Of a stretch of 64,000 nt of DNA, positions 15,858 to 28,429 are shown in pieces; within the stretch, counting starts at the first letter, position 1; each line of letters begins with the position of its first letter. The stretch spans positions 13,826,001-13,890,000 of the forward strand of contig CM022676.1 in NCBI GenBank assembly GCA_012295275.1, in the 5' to 3' direction. The stretch is from Chrysomallon squamiferum. Taxonomy: Eukaryota > Animalia > Mollusca. Below the pieces are notes generated by a model. The model did no database searches, was not told where the DNA came from, and saw only the letters and a list, made by a program, of their open reading frames with translations. A program made the translations under genes and the position numbers.

Positions 15858-16531
15858 GTCATAAGCAGTGGATATCTAAATAAAAACATGTACATAAATA
15901 AAACACCAGAAATTGGAATAATCAGCCAAGTCGTGAAGCCGCTTTGTCTCTCAAAGGCGAGGTGCGAGCAGTGTCACCAAAATTACAATAAAAGTAAACC
16001 TGAGCATGACGAGAAGTCTGACTTGCTTTTACAGATAGTTTCTTTGTTCATGACAGGACTGATGATTGTGTAACCAGAGCAATCTTCTGTTAATGATTCA
16101 AATCAAACCAGAAGCTGATTTTATTTGTTTCGAAAGTGTGTTAAATAACTGATTTCAGATTCTTTAATGTTATCTTTATGGCCTAAACATGTAATGGAGA
16201 TGACGTACATATATTAAGTTTTCTTGGCAACAGTAGTAGACATATATTTCAAAACTAATTATATATATATAACAATGTAATAATTACAGCTTTATTTGCC
16301 AATTAAATTTCTGTTATAAATATTTTCATTGGTTTTTGATTTGTTAGTGTTTATACTTTCTTGTTTTGATCTATTTACAGTAATGAAAACATCGCTGGCC
16401 GTTTGTCGCATATAGAAATGAATCGTTGGTACTTTTCATTTTTCTGTTTTCATTTCCTCTCAAGACTTTTCAAATAATGCTAGAGGTTCTTAATTACATT
16501 ACTACACGTATTTTGTACCAATACTGCACGA

Positions 16532-16612
<81 letters not shown>

Positions 16613-16783
16613 AAAATAATAATAATAATAATAAATTAAATTAAAATAAAATAATAAACACAATATAAAATACATTGTTGTTTCAAAACAGTTACTTAAC
16701 TGAACATTTTTCTGATCGATAATTTCTTATAAACGAGTAATTTCTGTATAACTCTACTATTGATCACAGAGATCAGGGATCTA

Positions 16784-16834
<51 letters not shown>

Positions 16835-16897
16835 AATGACATAAAGTAAAATGAAGTAATCAGATATAGCATAAGTTATAAACGATACATTGAACTC

Positions 16898-17180
16898 TAC
16901 AGATACCGGACCAATTATCCGGCGTCCTGAAATCCCGAAAGACCAGAAGACCGGAACTTTTTCCAACGTAATTTTCATACTTTGCGCGCACGGGTTTTGT
17001 CCTCACCAGACTGTAACTTTTCTTTCGTTAATTTTCTTTCTTTCTTTATTTTTTAATTTATAAATATTTATGCCTAATTCTTTGCGAATTTAGATGCCTT
17101 GGTACCAGAAAACAGGAAGATCCAGAAATTCGGAATGTCTCAGGCCCTAAGGGGTCCTGACAATTGGTCCGGTACTTCTA
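16898..17180. mobile_element. MITE-like element with terminal inverted repeats (Tc1/pogo-type); copies at ~53102-53450 and ~56542-56888
   Basis: Left end TA-CAGATACCGGACCAATTATCCGG, right end CCTGACAATTGGTCCGGTACTTC-TA. Perfect 13-bp core TACCGGACCAATT, non-coding interior. Confidence 0.7.
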
Positions 17181-18027
17181 TTTAGGTGATAGTATTACAA
17201 ATACTGCTACTGCAACTGCTACTACTACTACTAATAGAATAATTATTATTATTATAATGACGATACCATTATTATTTTTATTACTTCTTATTATTTTTTT
17301 GTATTTATTATTGGTGTTTTTAGTGTTGTTATTATTAAATATTCTTCGATATTTCTCATAAACCAGTGTGTTAGGTATAAAACAAATAAAACAAATAAAC
17401 TTAAAAAACCTCGTTTAAGTAAATTCACACAAAACATGTATAGCCTTGACAAAATAGATTACATGTTCATTAAGTCAGATCTGATTTAAGCAAAGTAATA
17501 ATAGTACGGCATATAGTAAATTACAATAAAATACAAAATACCTTCAAATTTCAAAATAGCCCTCTGATTAAGGAAGTACGTTCTTGCTTGGTGAGTGTTT
17601 TCCTGGAACTGATAACGTTCTGTTTGACAGGTCACTGAAATATCTTCTGTGTATCGCTGTTTACACGTGACGCCACCTTTAGCGATAAATACATGCACAT
17701 ATTTATTACATACAATGTGTGCCGTATAATGTAACGTGTCTTTCAAACCTGTTATTATATATATGTGTCATTACTTATTTTATCTGTAAACTATTTATCT
17801 TTATTTCTCACAGTATACTGATGAAAAACTGATGGCTAACAAGTGTCTGTTATGTACGTCAGATAAAAATAGTATGCTAATAGTACTGGTGACAAGAAAC
17901 GTTATAGCTAGGATCGTGAAAAATCAAATGTAATGATGAATCAGAAAATATGGGACAATCTCTTATTTGTACATGTTATGAGTCAAAGATGTGACACTAA
18001 CCATGTTTATTATTTCTTGTATATAGA

Positions 18028-18398
18028 TACTCTCCCAAAACAGAAACGCAAAAGTAGATTTTATTGAAATTGGAAATATCTATCTAATGGATCAACAGAA
18101 AGCAGCAGAATGTTCACATTTTACACACTTTCGCAATTCATTAATATTGATGGTATTACATTGTAAAGGTTAAAGTTCAAGGTTATAACAGTATAATATC
18201 AATACCTTGTGTGCCCACCATGGGAGTCCAGAATTGCCTGATATCTCCTTCCCATAGCAGTAATGACATTAGGAATTACACCTTGTGTAATGGTGGCCCA
18301 CTCTGTCTGTAGTAATAATGCCAACTGAGCACGATTCTGTGGCTGTGGTTGATGCTGCCTCAGTCGTCTATCCAACTCGTCCCATAAATGCTCTATAG
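18028..18398 (-). mobile_element. Tc1/mariner remnant (transposase C-terminus and probable 3' TIR), truncated by a hAT insertion
   Basis: IEHLWDELDRRLR..EWATI..GGHTRY* is the canonical Tc1 transposase C-terminus. TA-ctctcccaaaacagaaacgca at 18028 resembles a Tc1 end. Confidence 0.85.
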
Positions 18399-19310
18399 CA
18401 GTGTTTCCCAACGTGGGGCCTATGCCCCACTGGGGGGCAATTCAATAATAATAGGGGGGCAATATGAAAAATATAGTAATATCAACATTTTTATTTTATT
18501 TAACCCTGTATGGGTACAAATTATAATTTTATAGGGTAAAATTGTAAATACAACCCAGCTGAGCACAACAGCTTGTGCAATCTAGTCAAGTGTTCACCCA
18601 CTAATGTTATCGTGCATCTGGCACCAGCTATATGCGTAGCTTCTGACTTGTTTAAGAAGGTGAGTTCTAATCAGCTGTTCAACACTCACACTGAAGCTAA
18701 AATAGCAGAGGAAACTAACTACTGCCTTTTTGTCTGTTGTGCCACCAATGTTCGACTAATGAATCCATGAAGAGAGGTCGTCTCGAAAATCATTTGAAGG
18801 CAAAACACAGTATTCATGTTAATTGAAAACTGGAGTATTTTAAATCCCTAAAGGAGAAGTTTGAAAAAAGATCAACAATAAATTCATTGTTCTCTGCAAG
18901 AAGTGCAAGCAAGGATCGTGGTCTTGAGGCTAGTTATGAAATTTCTCTTCTCATAGCAAAATGTGGCAAAAATCATACAATAGGGGAGAATTTAATTAAG
19001 CCCGCAATATCAACTTTTCTGAAAGTAGTTCTTGAAAACGATGACCAAGATCTCAAAAGCATGCCGCTCAGTAATAATACTGTTAGTAGCAGGATTGATG
19101 AAATGAGCTGTGATGTAGAAGTACAACTTGTTGAAAAATTAAAATATACAAACTTTTCAATACAGTTGGACGAATCAACTGTAAGAGATAGTGAAGTTCT
19201 GTTAATGGCCTATGCAAGATACGTTGATAATGGAGAATGTATTGAGGATATTTTTATTATTCATTACTTCCCCAGGAAACAACTGATAGTATCTGAAACT
19301 GGGCCCTGGA
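18399..19310 (+). mobile_element. hAT (Buster/Charlie; ZBED5/SCAND3-like) transposon 5' fragment, copy 1
   Basis: TIR CAGTGTTTCCCAA at 18399 after CTCTATAG. BED-finger remnant CLLCHQCSTNESMKRGRLENHLKAKH, then ASYEISLLIAKCGKNHTIGENLIKPA..PLSNNTVSSRIDEM..FSIQLDEST..AYARY. TGA stop at ~18825; 3'-truncated. Confidence 0.92.
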
Positions 19311-19329
19311 TTATGGTTAATAATAATTA

Positions 19330-19411
<82 letters not shown>

Positions 19412-22372
19412 TTGAAGCACATAAATATATAAAAATATAATTGTAATGTTAATGTAAATACAAAAACGGATTTAATAACAGAGGGACACATAGAGGGACA
19501 TACAGAGACAGACAGAGAGAGACAAAAGCATAGAGAGAGATTCTGAGGATGAAGGGATTAAAAACAAAGTATCGATAGTGTAATGTTGTTTATGATAATG
19601 AGATGACGATGATGATAGTGATGATGATGAAACAAGTACAAGTATTACACCAATCAAAATGGTTTAATGATAATAATAATAGCAATAACAATAATAATAA
19701 TATAAATAACAACACCATCAATAAATAAATAAATAAATAAATAAATAATAATAGTAATTAGAAATAATAATGTAAAAAAAAAATAATTAAATGAAATATG
19801 TTCGCTAACATAAGAGAAAGTAATATATGGTGTCACGCCGTAAAGATAAAATCGTTTTAATGCATGATCAAGATCGTAATGTGGATTCGATGATTTGTCT
19901 AAAGATTTACAGACATAGAAAATAATTCGGAAGGGACGAAGGCTTTACCATTGTCATCATCATTTCCCTACCTGCGTAATTCCCATCATGAATAAGCTGA
20001 AACTCTCTAGGAATGTGTTCATTATCACACTGTACAACAAACGCCATAAATTTTATATAAAAAAACACATCCTGATAAATTGTGGGTAAAATGTCGTGTT
20101 GTGATGTTGAATGACTAAAAGAGAAGACAAGACTTTTTTGACTTACATATTCTTACAACAAAGATCATGAACAGGAATCCCGAAGTCACAATCAAACTGT
20201 AACATGAGCTTTACCACTGATACAACATCACAGATCACTGCAGCTGAGCAGCATCACCTTTGTCAGAAAACATGAGTTGGTGTCTTTAAAGAATTGAAAA
20301 GTTGACAACTATATGATATAAATGAATAGTGTTTTGGTATATTTAGCTTCCGTTCATAATTACAATTATAATTTAAAATATGTTTTCTTTATAAATGAAG
20401 GGACAGGATTATACTATAATAAAATAATTTAGTTGTTTAATGATTAAAGTATGTTGGTAACAGCTTCAGCATGTGCCCTTGTTGATAAATCATTAATGCA
20501 ACGATTATTTGATAGTTATGAACTAATTATTTCTGTGCATGCTACATTCAAGACACTAAATTCATTTATTCGCTGAAGAATGTATTGAAATTAACTGAAT
20601 AGGTGTAGATGTTCACTGGAAAATATCCAGTAATTGAACAGACAACCACAAAACACAAAAACACGTACCTGCACCTAATTTTAGTTTATATTTTTCTAGT
20701 ATACTTAAGTTATACAATTTATAATAAACAAATAAATAAATTATATATATGTAGATAGAAAGATAGATGGGTAGATAGGTAGAGCAGATAAAGGGACATA
20801 CTTCTAGGCCGACACACAAACAGCCTGACAGAAATGTATGTAGTTTGCCTTTTGGTGACACTGACATTCATCACTTGTAAACTGGTACACAGAAAAGTTT
20901 TCTTCACTTTTCTTAGCAATAAAACTTTGTAAATGAAAATATTTTATAAATATTTGTACTTATATATGTAATACGTTCCATGTCACTTACAAAAATGCTT
21001 TGAAACAACACCCGTGACCATATTATGCATATGAAAATGTGAATCAGGATGTAAATTAAACTTGTTGAGTTTGGGATAGACACACTCATCTGTTCAGTTT
21101 TGAAATCAGAAGTGTTATTTCTTTCCATATATTTGGATTCATTTACTTGTTATACCTACTGTCATATCAGATTTTTTGTTTTTTTAAATAGTTTTATGAG
21201 TATGTATTAAGAGTGAAATATTCAGTAATAATATTAATAATAAAATTGCATACACAAAGTAAATTATCGATTAAACCTAATAGTCATCCGATGAACGAAA
21301 ACTTGTTTATACTTTTTAAAACAACAAATCGTATTACAATTCGATTAATATCTTCTTGTTTAAATTTCTATGTATTTTTATTCATTTCATTTAAAACTCG
21401 AAATAAGTGAGACATAGAATTATGTTCTAAAATGAAGACTGTGAACTGAATAACAGTTATAACTGTGTCAACAAAACATTCAGTGATTATATTTGATATC
21501 TGGAATGGTATTGATATGACAAGCTCAAATTTGCACATTTTGGCCTTAAATGGGCGTGACTGCAGCCATAAAGACAAACTAATAGTAAAAAATGAGTTTA
21601 GTAGTAAAACACACTTAGTATAGACATGCTGACCTCAGTTTGTCCATCTCTGACACTTTCAGTGATTTAATGTAAATAAATGCTCCAGGTTGCACTAATC
21701 TTAAAAGCAGCTTAAATATAAGATTGTGAAGTTAAAAGGTTTTTTTTTGTTTGTTTGTTTCTGGGATAATTTGTCACGGGATGAATCTGAGCGATATTTT
21801 CCAAAAGATTGTCCAAAAGATTATATTTATAAACTTAAATAGTTTAACTTTTTTAATCCACAAGTTTATTTTCGAAATTTGTAATCACCATCTTACATTT
21901 TGTCTTTGATTTAGTTTCTGGATGGAGAATCCTTACACTCAAATGTCATTATCCGTCAGATGTCTCTAGTAGCAATTGGATACATTACGTTATATGATTC
22001 AAGATTTTCTTTACTTATATTTAGTTTTTATTAATTAATTCATGTATTTCCATTTATTCTTTTTGTCTGTATTTTATAACGGCTGGACATACTGCAGACA
22101 TGTACGAAATTCCATCTGTTCATATGAAAAAATCTATCACATTTACTTAAATGCTATCTTCATATATACCAAACATCAAATTTAATCATTGTATTTTAAT
22201 TGTTTTTGTTTTGTTTTTCTTGTGCTTTTTTTCTCTAATTTTGCTTTCCATAAGAATTATTGTTTTTATTCACTTGTTTTTTTTTTCTTCTAACTGTAAT
22301 AAATGAATACACTCAGACCATACCTTCCATTTGCTGTTATAATGATTTATTTATATATTTATTTATTTATAG

Positions 22373-22627
22373 ATCGAGTCCTCTCGGTTAAATTTAGTCC
22401 TTCAACTCCAGGAAACATTGTTGAAGGAGAAACTCTAAATGTGACCTGTGTTGCTGATTGTGACTCATCTTGTGTCTACACGTGGAGAAGTGAAGATCGG
22501 TATTTGGTCAACAGCTCTCAGTTAACTGTTGGTCCTATCAGCAGAAATCAGACAGGACAAACATTTACATGTAAAGCAAGTAGTTCTGAACTTTCAGGAA
22601 GTAACCAGTTCCAGCTTAGAGTTCGAT
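22373..22627 (+). CDS. Ig-like domain exon A, copy 1 (255 nt)
   Basis: tttatag|AT..EGETLNVTCVADC..CVYTW..FTCKAS..LRVR T|gtaagt; Ig C..W..C pattern. Confidence 0.85.
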
Positions 22628-23291
22628 GTAAGTTCCAGATTCAGACATAAAATTACAACTTTAAATACAAAAAATATGTCAAAACGGAATAAAAAAATTG
22701 AAAAAAAATATCAAGATAAATATCGAATACCAGTTTTTTTTTTAATTCATCTCAACAAAATCTGTTAAATGAAGACATGTTAATAAAATATAAAATTTTT
22801 AAAATAACATAATTTATTCAGAGGTTTCTTCATAATTATCTTCTTCCGCTTGCATTTTCACTCGCTCTAAAAACCTCAACAATTTTTGACTGCAATACAG
22901 TTGAAAAAAAATTTTTTTTTTTTCACTTTATTTTAATAAAAGTGATATTTCAATTTTTTATCTTTTTTTTTTTGAACCAGCATACCTTGTATATCCCGTT
23001 TTTATAGGCATTGACTTCCAAACCTGTAATTTAATGTATCTATCTGTCATAATAATCTGTGTTTTTTGATTATATTTTAAAATATATTCCAGCTTTTTTA
23101 TTTATTCTGAACTGAAGTTGTAACGTTTTTCAATCAAGAACTTGGATGTCTCTTAATTAGTTCCAGTGAGAGGCAACTGTCTGTAGACATCACTTTCATC
23201 TTCCGCTTTAAAGACTTCTTCAAAGATCTAAGTTTTATCATGATTTCTTTTTTAGAAAGTTCATTACATGATCTGTTTGTTAGTTGTTGTT

Positions 23292-23327
<36 letters not shown>

Positions 23328-23825
23328 TGTATTATTATTTTATTATTAATTCATCCATGTTAAAATGAAATTCTTGTCATCTTTAAAAAAAACAAAAGTA
23401 TACTGGAGAAACGTATCTGACTAGATAGTGCTGTAGATGTGATGACATTATTTACGCATCATGTTCCCAGCACTTGTGTGAAAAACTTCAACCTGATTTT
23501 GTTTTAGCGATGCACAATAAAAATCTTCTTTATAAATATCTTTCCTACATTACGTGATCATCAATAGTACTTTCCTTTGATGATCTTTCTAAGTTAATTC
23601 GAATTTACTCACAGAGGAATATTAAAGTAAAACTATTGTAGACAATCTTTTTATCTCCACAACATACATACATACAGATCTGCTTTTGGAGTAAAACGAC
23701 TGACACTGTTTTAGTATTTAGCACTATGTGGTAATGAACATTAAATTATTAGTTTTCGACTTGTTTCACCTTGCAGCTCAATGATAGTTGATTTCACATA
23801 TAGCACATGTATTCAATCATTGCAG

Positions 23826-24104
23826 ACCAAACTTCTATCACATCTTTGACGTTCAACTCGAAGTCTACAAAGTTAACAGTTGATGAGCTGACTCCCATGA
23901 CTCTGAGATGTGAAGTTGACAGTAATCCAGCATCTCACATCAAACTGTTAAACAACTCACACATTCTACGTGAAGTGAACAACTCCAAGTCAGTGGAGTA
24001 CAGCTGGAATGAAGCTGGATGTCTGGATACAGGATTTTACACTTGTGAAGCAGGAAACAACGTCAAGTCTGATGTCAGTCAAAGCGTGCAGCTTATTGTT
24101 AAAT
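23826..24104 (+). CDS. Ig-like domain exon B, copy 1 (279 nt)
   Basis: tgcag|AC..MTLRCEVDSNP..CLDTGFYTCEAGN..LIVK T|gtaact; DxGxYxC motif. Confidence 0.9.
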
Positions 24105-24406
24105 GTAACTGTTTTTTTAACACAAATTAGAATATCAGTAATAATGGAAATAGCAACTTGCACACATACACACATTTACACATGCATACATTTATGTGCG
24201 CGCATTCTTATTACAATATGGTCATGTTTATCAACGTTAGTTAGCCTGATTGTCTTTCTGCCTACAAGGTACACTGAGGATTCCCGAGTGTATACATGTA
24301 TATATAGAGACGCAGATACAAACACTCATATGCACATTTTTTTCTTTCTTCTCATATGGTCATGTTTTTCAACATTAATTAGCCTGACTGTGTTTTCTCC
24401 TACAAG

Positions 24407-24706
24407 GTACACCCAGCCCTCCTTCCAATGTGAGCCTGCAGAGAATCAGCTCTTCTGCCATCTCAGTGTCTTGGACAGAGGAATATAACGGTGGCTTCGT
24501 GCAAACATTCATTTTACAGTACAGAGAAAACACGTCAACACAGTGGAACAACATCGCAGAGAAATTTCTAGAACGTGGTCTACACACAACCCATACAACA
24601 GTGATAGCGCCTCTGTAATCAGACACGAAGTATCTTGTGAGAATGTTGGCTTACAATAAATACGGAGTTAAAGGTTTTACAGATGAGAGATATATTTTGA
24701 TGACAG
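24407..24706 (+). CDS. Fibronectin type III exon C, copy 1 (300 nt, internal stop)
   Basis: ctacaag|GT PSPPSNV..SVSWTEEYNGGFVQTFILQY..W..L*SDTKYLVRMLAYNKYG; the donor G|gtacct is weak. Confidence 0.8.
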
Positions 24707-24710
24707 GTAC

Positions 24711-25375
24711 CTTGTCATATATGATATTTTGATTACTGACAAAGGTCATTTTATTAATACATCATCACATAATAATTCAGATCAAAATAAGTAATAACAT
24801 TCATTAAAAATTTCAACATGGAAGTGAATTAAACAACGCCCTCTCAGTTTCGCCGAACTGTTGTAATGCTTTTATCCGAGTTTGCAAAAATTGTAAACAA
24901 TAGATGCACTGATGTAAACCTTAATTAATATTTCTAATAACAGAAGAAAATAATAATAATAAAAAAAATGAACAAATTGTCCATCTTATATATTATTGAT
25001 TATATAAAATAATCAATAAAATATAATGTGGTTGTTGTTGTTGCTATGTGTAAAAGTTACCATCATAAGAGGAGCACTAACTAGAAACACGAACACAAAA
25101 ATAACATTTTTCCAATGGGAAATCAAGTTATTATTTTACAGGAAACAAACCTGATTAATCAGTGATTTACTTTTTTCTCATTATAATTATAATATTAATA
25201 AAAGTTACACTCATCTACAAACATCATTTCCAAGTGTAACTAATATAAAGCCACTCCCTCAATTTCGCCGAACTGTGGCCATCTTGTGTGTATTTTGTAA
25301 AGATCCACCATAATTGTTGCTCCGGTGTAAACCTTAATTTAAAAAAGAATAACAATAAAAAAAGAAATGAAATGA

Positions 25376-25433
<58 letters not shown>

Positions 25434-25582
25434 TAAAATAAAATAAAATAAAATAAAATAAAATTACATTACATTAAAACAAAATAAAGTAAAATAAGTA
25501 AAGTAAAACAAAAAAATTAAAGAAACAGATATTATAAACTGTTTGATTTAGCCCACATTTTCGTTTTTCTGATAATTAGCAC

Positions 25583-25624
<42 letters not shown>

Positions 25625-26354
25625 TTGTTGTTATTCTAAGACAAAAGAAAAACAGCTGATTTTAGATATAGAACTTTCAAAATATTTATTTACAAAATCT
25701 TTATTGTTAATTAAAAATATTATTTTTCAAGAAAGAAATAAGCACAGAAAAAAAAAAGACTACAAACAATAATGCTATAATAAATCAATTAATTATTGGT
25801 CAGTATTTCGCGACCAGGAAACAAAAATGTCCGGTTTTCTTCATCTAGACACCTACATGGAAAAATAATCAAAAATAAGTAAAATACTACTTGTCATATA
25901 TGATATTTTGATTACTGACAAAGGTCATTTTATTAATACATCATCATATAATAATTCTGATCAAAATAAGTAATAACATTCATTAAAAATTTCAACATGG
26001 AAGCAAATTAATCAACGCCCTCTCAGTTTCGCCGAACTGTTGTAATGCTTTTATCCGAGTTTGCAAAAATTGTAAACAATAGATGCACTGATGTAAACCT
26101 TAATTAATATTTCTAATAACAGAAGAAAATAATTATTAAAATAAATGAACAAATTGTCCATTTTATTTATTATTGATTATATAAAATAATCAATAAAATA
26201 TAATGTGGTTGTTGTTGTTGCTATGTGTAAAAGTTACCATCATAAGAGGAGCACTAACTAGAAACACGAACACAAAAATTAAATTTTTCCAATGGGAAAT
26301 CAAGTTATTATTTTACAGGAAACAAACCCGATTAATCAGTGATTTACTTTTTTC
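24711..26354. repeat. Direct repeat of ~465 bp (24711-25177 and 25890-26354)
   Basis: cttgtcatatatgatattttgattactgacaaagg..aatcagtgatttactttttt occurs twice, 1179 bp apart. The mirrored arm has a single copy. Confidence 0.92.
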
Positions 26355-27169
26355 ATTATTTGAAACAAAAGACCAATTTTAATCATTCGTCTAACTTTTA
26401 ATATGAAGCTAACTAACCTGACCTCAAAACAATCAAAAGAGATTAATAAATAAAATAAAATTTATTTTAAAAACCCTACAAAACAAAATTGATCAAGTAT
26501 TTATGAATTAAAAACTAATATACAAAGATCAATTAAATATATTTTAAACAATGAAATAAAATTAGGTTCTAAAAACAATTTTTGTTATATTACTTTCTTG
26601 AATTCGACAAACTGATGTATATGTGGCTGTAATTGATTTCTATATTACAAAAATGTAAGATATTCCTAGAATAATTTAAAATGAGTAAATTCTTCTTCTG
26701 TGCTATGATTCTCTTTTCCACTGTCTCTAAACATATATATATATATCAATTACATTTTTATTTATTATTTTATACAATTTTTTTTTTTTTCAAATTGTTC
26801 TTAACAATATTATTAAAAACATGTAAATCTTTATCATTAGTTCTTTATATGTGATTCTATTTTTGTTAATTTTCAACTGCTTTCTTCATTTTTTGCTTGT
26901 TACCTATCTACTGATTTAATTGTGTTTTTGTTAAACTTTTGTTGTGTGTTTATTTATTAATTATTTCTTTATTTAGGTTTTAAGTATATATATATTAAAT
27001 ATATATATATATATAACCAAAGCCATGATTTCTTTATGGAATAAATATAAAAGTAATGTGCATTTGTTCTTTACATGTCTTTTTTGTTTTAAAAATTATT
27101 TAATTAATGTTTCTTCTACTTCTTCTTTTTTTCATCATCATCATCATCTTCTTCTTCTTCTTCTTCTTC

Positions 27170-27267
<98 letters not shown>

Positions 27268-27643
27268 TTTCTTATTATTCTATTTATTTTACCTTTTATT
27301 TATTTTTTTATTTTTTTTTTTTTTTTTAGCTTCTGATCTTCAGTTGTCTCAGAAATAATTAAAACAAATAAATAAAAATAAATACATTTTTTTTAAAAAG
27401 AGGAAAAAAGAGGGATAAAAAATCAGATTTCTTTAATGAAACAGTTTCTTTTACTAGATAACAGACATCCTCAATTCCTTATTAATGAAGTGGTGGCCTA
27501 TCACAAGATCATACATGCTTCTTTCAGGCCTACACATTTTCCAGGTAGAAACACTAGACCAGGTCAATGAGTGCAAGAAGAAATATGAGAAAAGTGAATG
27601 TTAAAGTTTGGTTTATAAGTCCCCAGATAGAGCTGCTGCTTGT

Positions 27644-27701
<58 letters not shown>

Positions 27702-28317
27702 AAAATAAAAAACAATGAAAATTAAAATTAAAGTTATCTTTAATTCAGTAAATCCAAGGCTTTGTTTACAAGAGGTTTAGGACCAGTGTTATCAAGGTTA
27801 GGAACAGATTTAAATACAAACTCATCTCAACACACATTTCATAAAACATACTAAAAGATAAAATTATTATTAATTAATTATAATTGAAACTGACCTTTTT
27901 CTCATTTTTTTCAATTGTATTTATTTATTTTTTCAGACTTTTACAACGAGAGTCTAGGCCTAGGCCAGCATTGTCAGGATTTGGGTTTGATATCAGTTTT
28001 AACTTTTAATATAAAACATGATGAACAATATGTACAAGTCTTAAAATGATAGTTATTTTTTTTTTCACATATACATGTATTTAATAAAATTTCTGTCTTT
28101 CTTTCTTTATTAAAGTGCATTTGTTCTGTCTAAGCCACTTTCTATTTAAAACTATTTGTTTATTTGCTAGGGTAGATTTTATTTTTGAGATATTACGGAC
28201 ATCAGCAGCTATTCGGTTTACAACAAATAAATTATGTTGATAATTAAACACTGTCATGTTGTTTTCATTTTATTTTTCTCAGTTTGATTCACATTATAAG
28301 CAGCATTGATATTTGTT

Positions 28318-28398
28318 AGAGTTACCTCCCTGCTGAAAGCAAGATAACTGTCCTGATCATTCATTTTTTATTTTGGTGATTGATTCACAAACATAACA

Positions 28399-28429
<31 letters not shown>

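Larger units (their letters stand above)
22373..24706 (+). pseudogene. Ig-Ig-FN3 cell-surface protein exons (nephrin/sidestep-like architecture), copy 1, nonsense codon in the FN3 exon
   Basis: Three phase-1 exons with AG/GT borders: 22373-22627, 23826-24104, 24407-24706. TAA at 24616-24618 where copy 2 has AAA. No signal-peptide or TM exon identified. Confidence 0.8.

Noticed and set aside
22373-22627. Positive selection on exon A
   Set aside because: 9-11 replaced versus 4 synonymous codons is compatible with neutrality, and the adjacent intron is even more divergent. It cannot be claimed without a codon-model test on more sequences.
27025-27358. Hydrophobic I/L/F/Y-rich ORFs here and throughout the track, some apparently conserved in two or three places
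   Set aside because: They arise from (ATT)n/(ATTT)n tracts, and their recurrence only reflects the recent triplication
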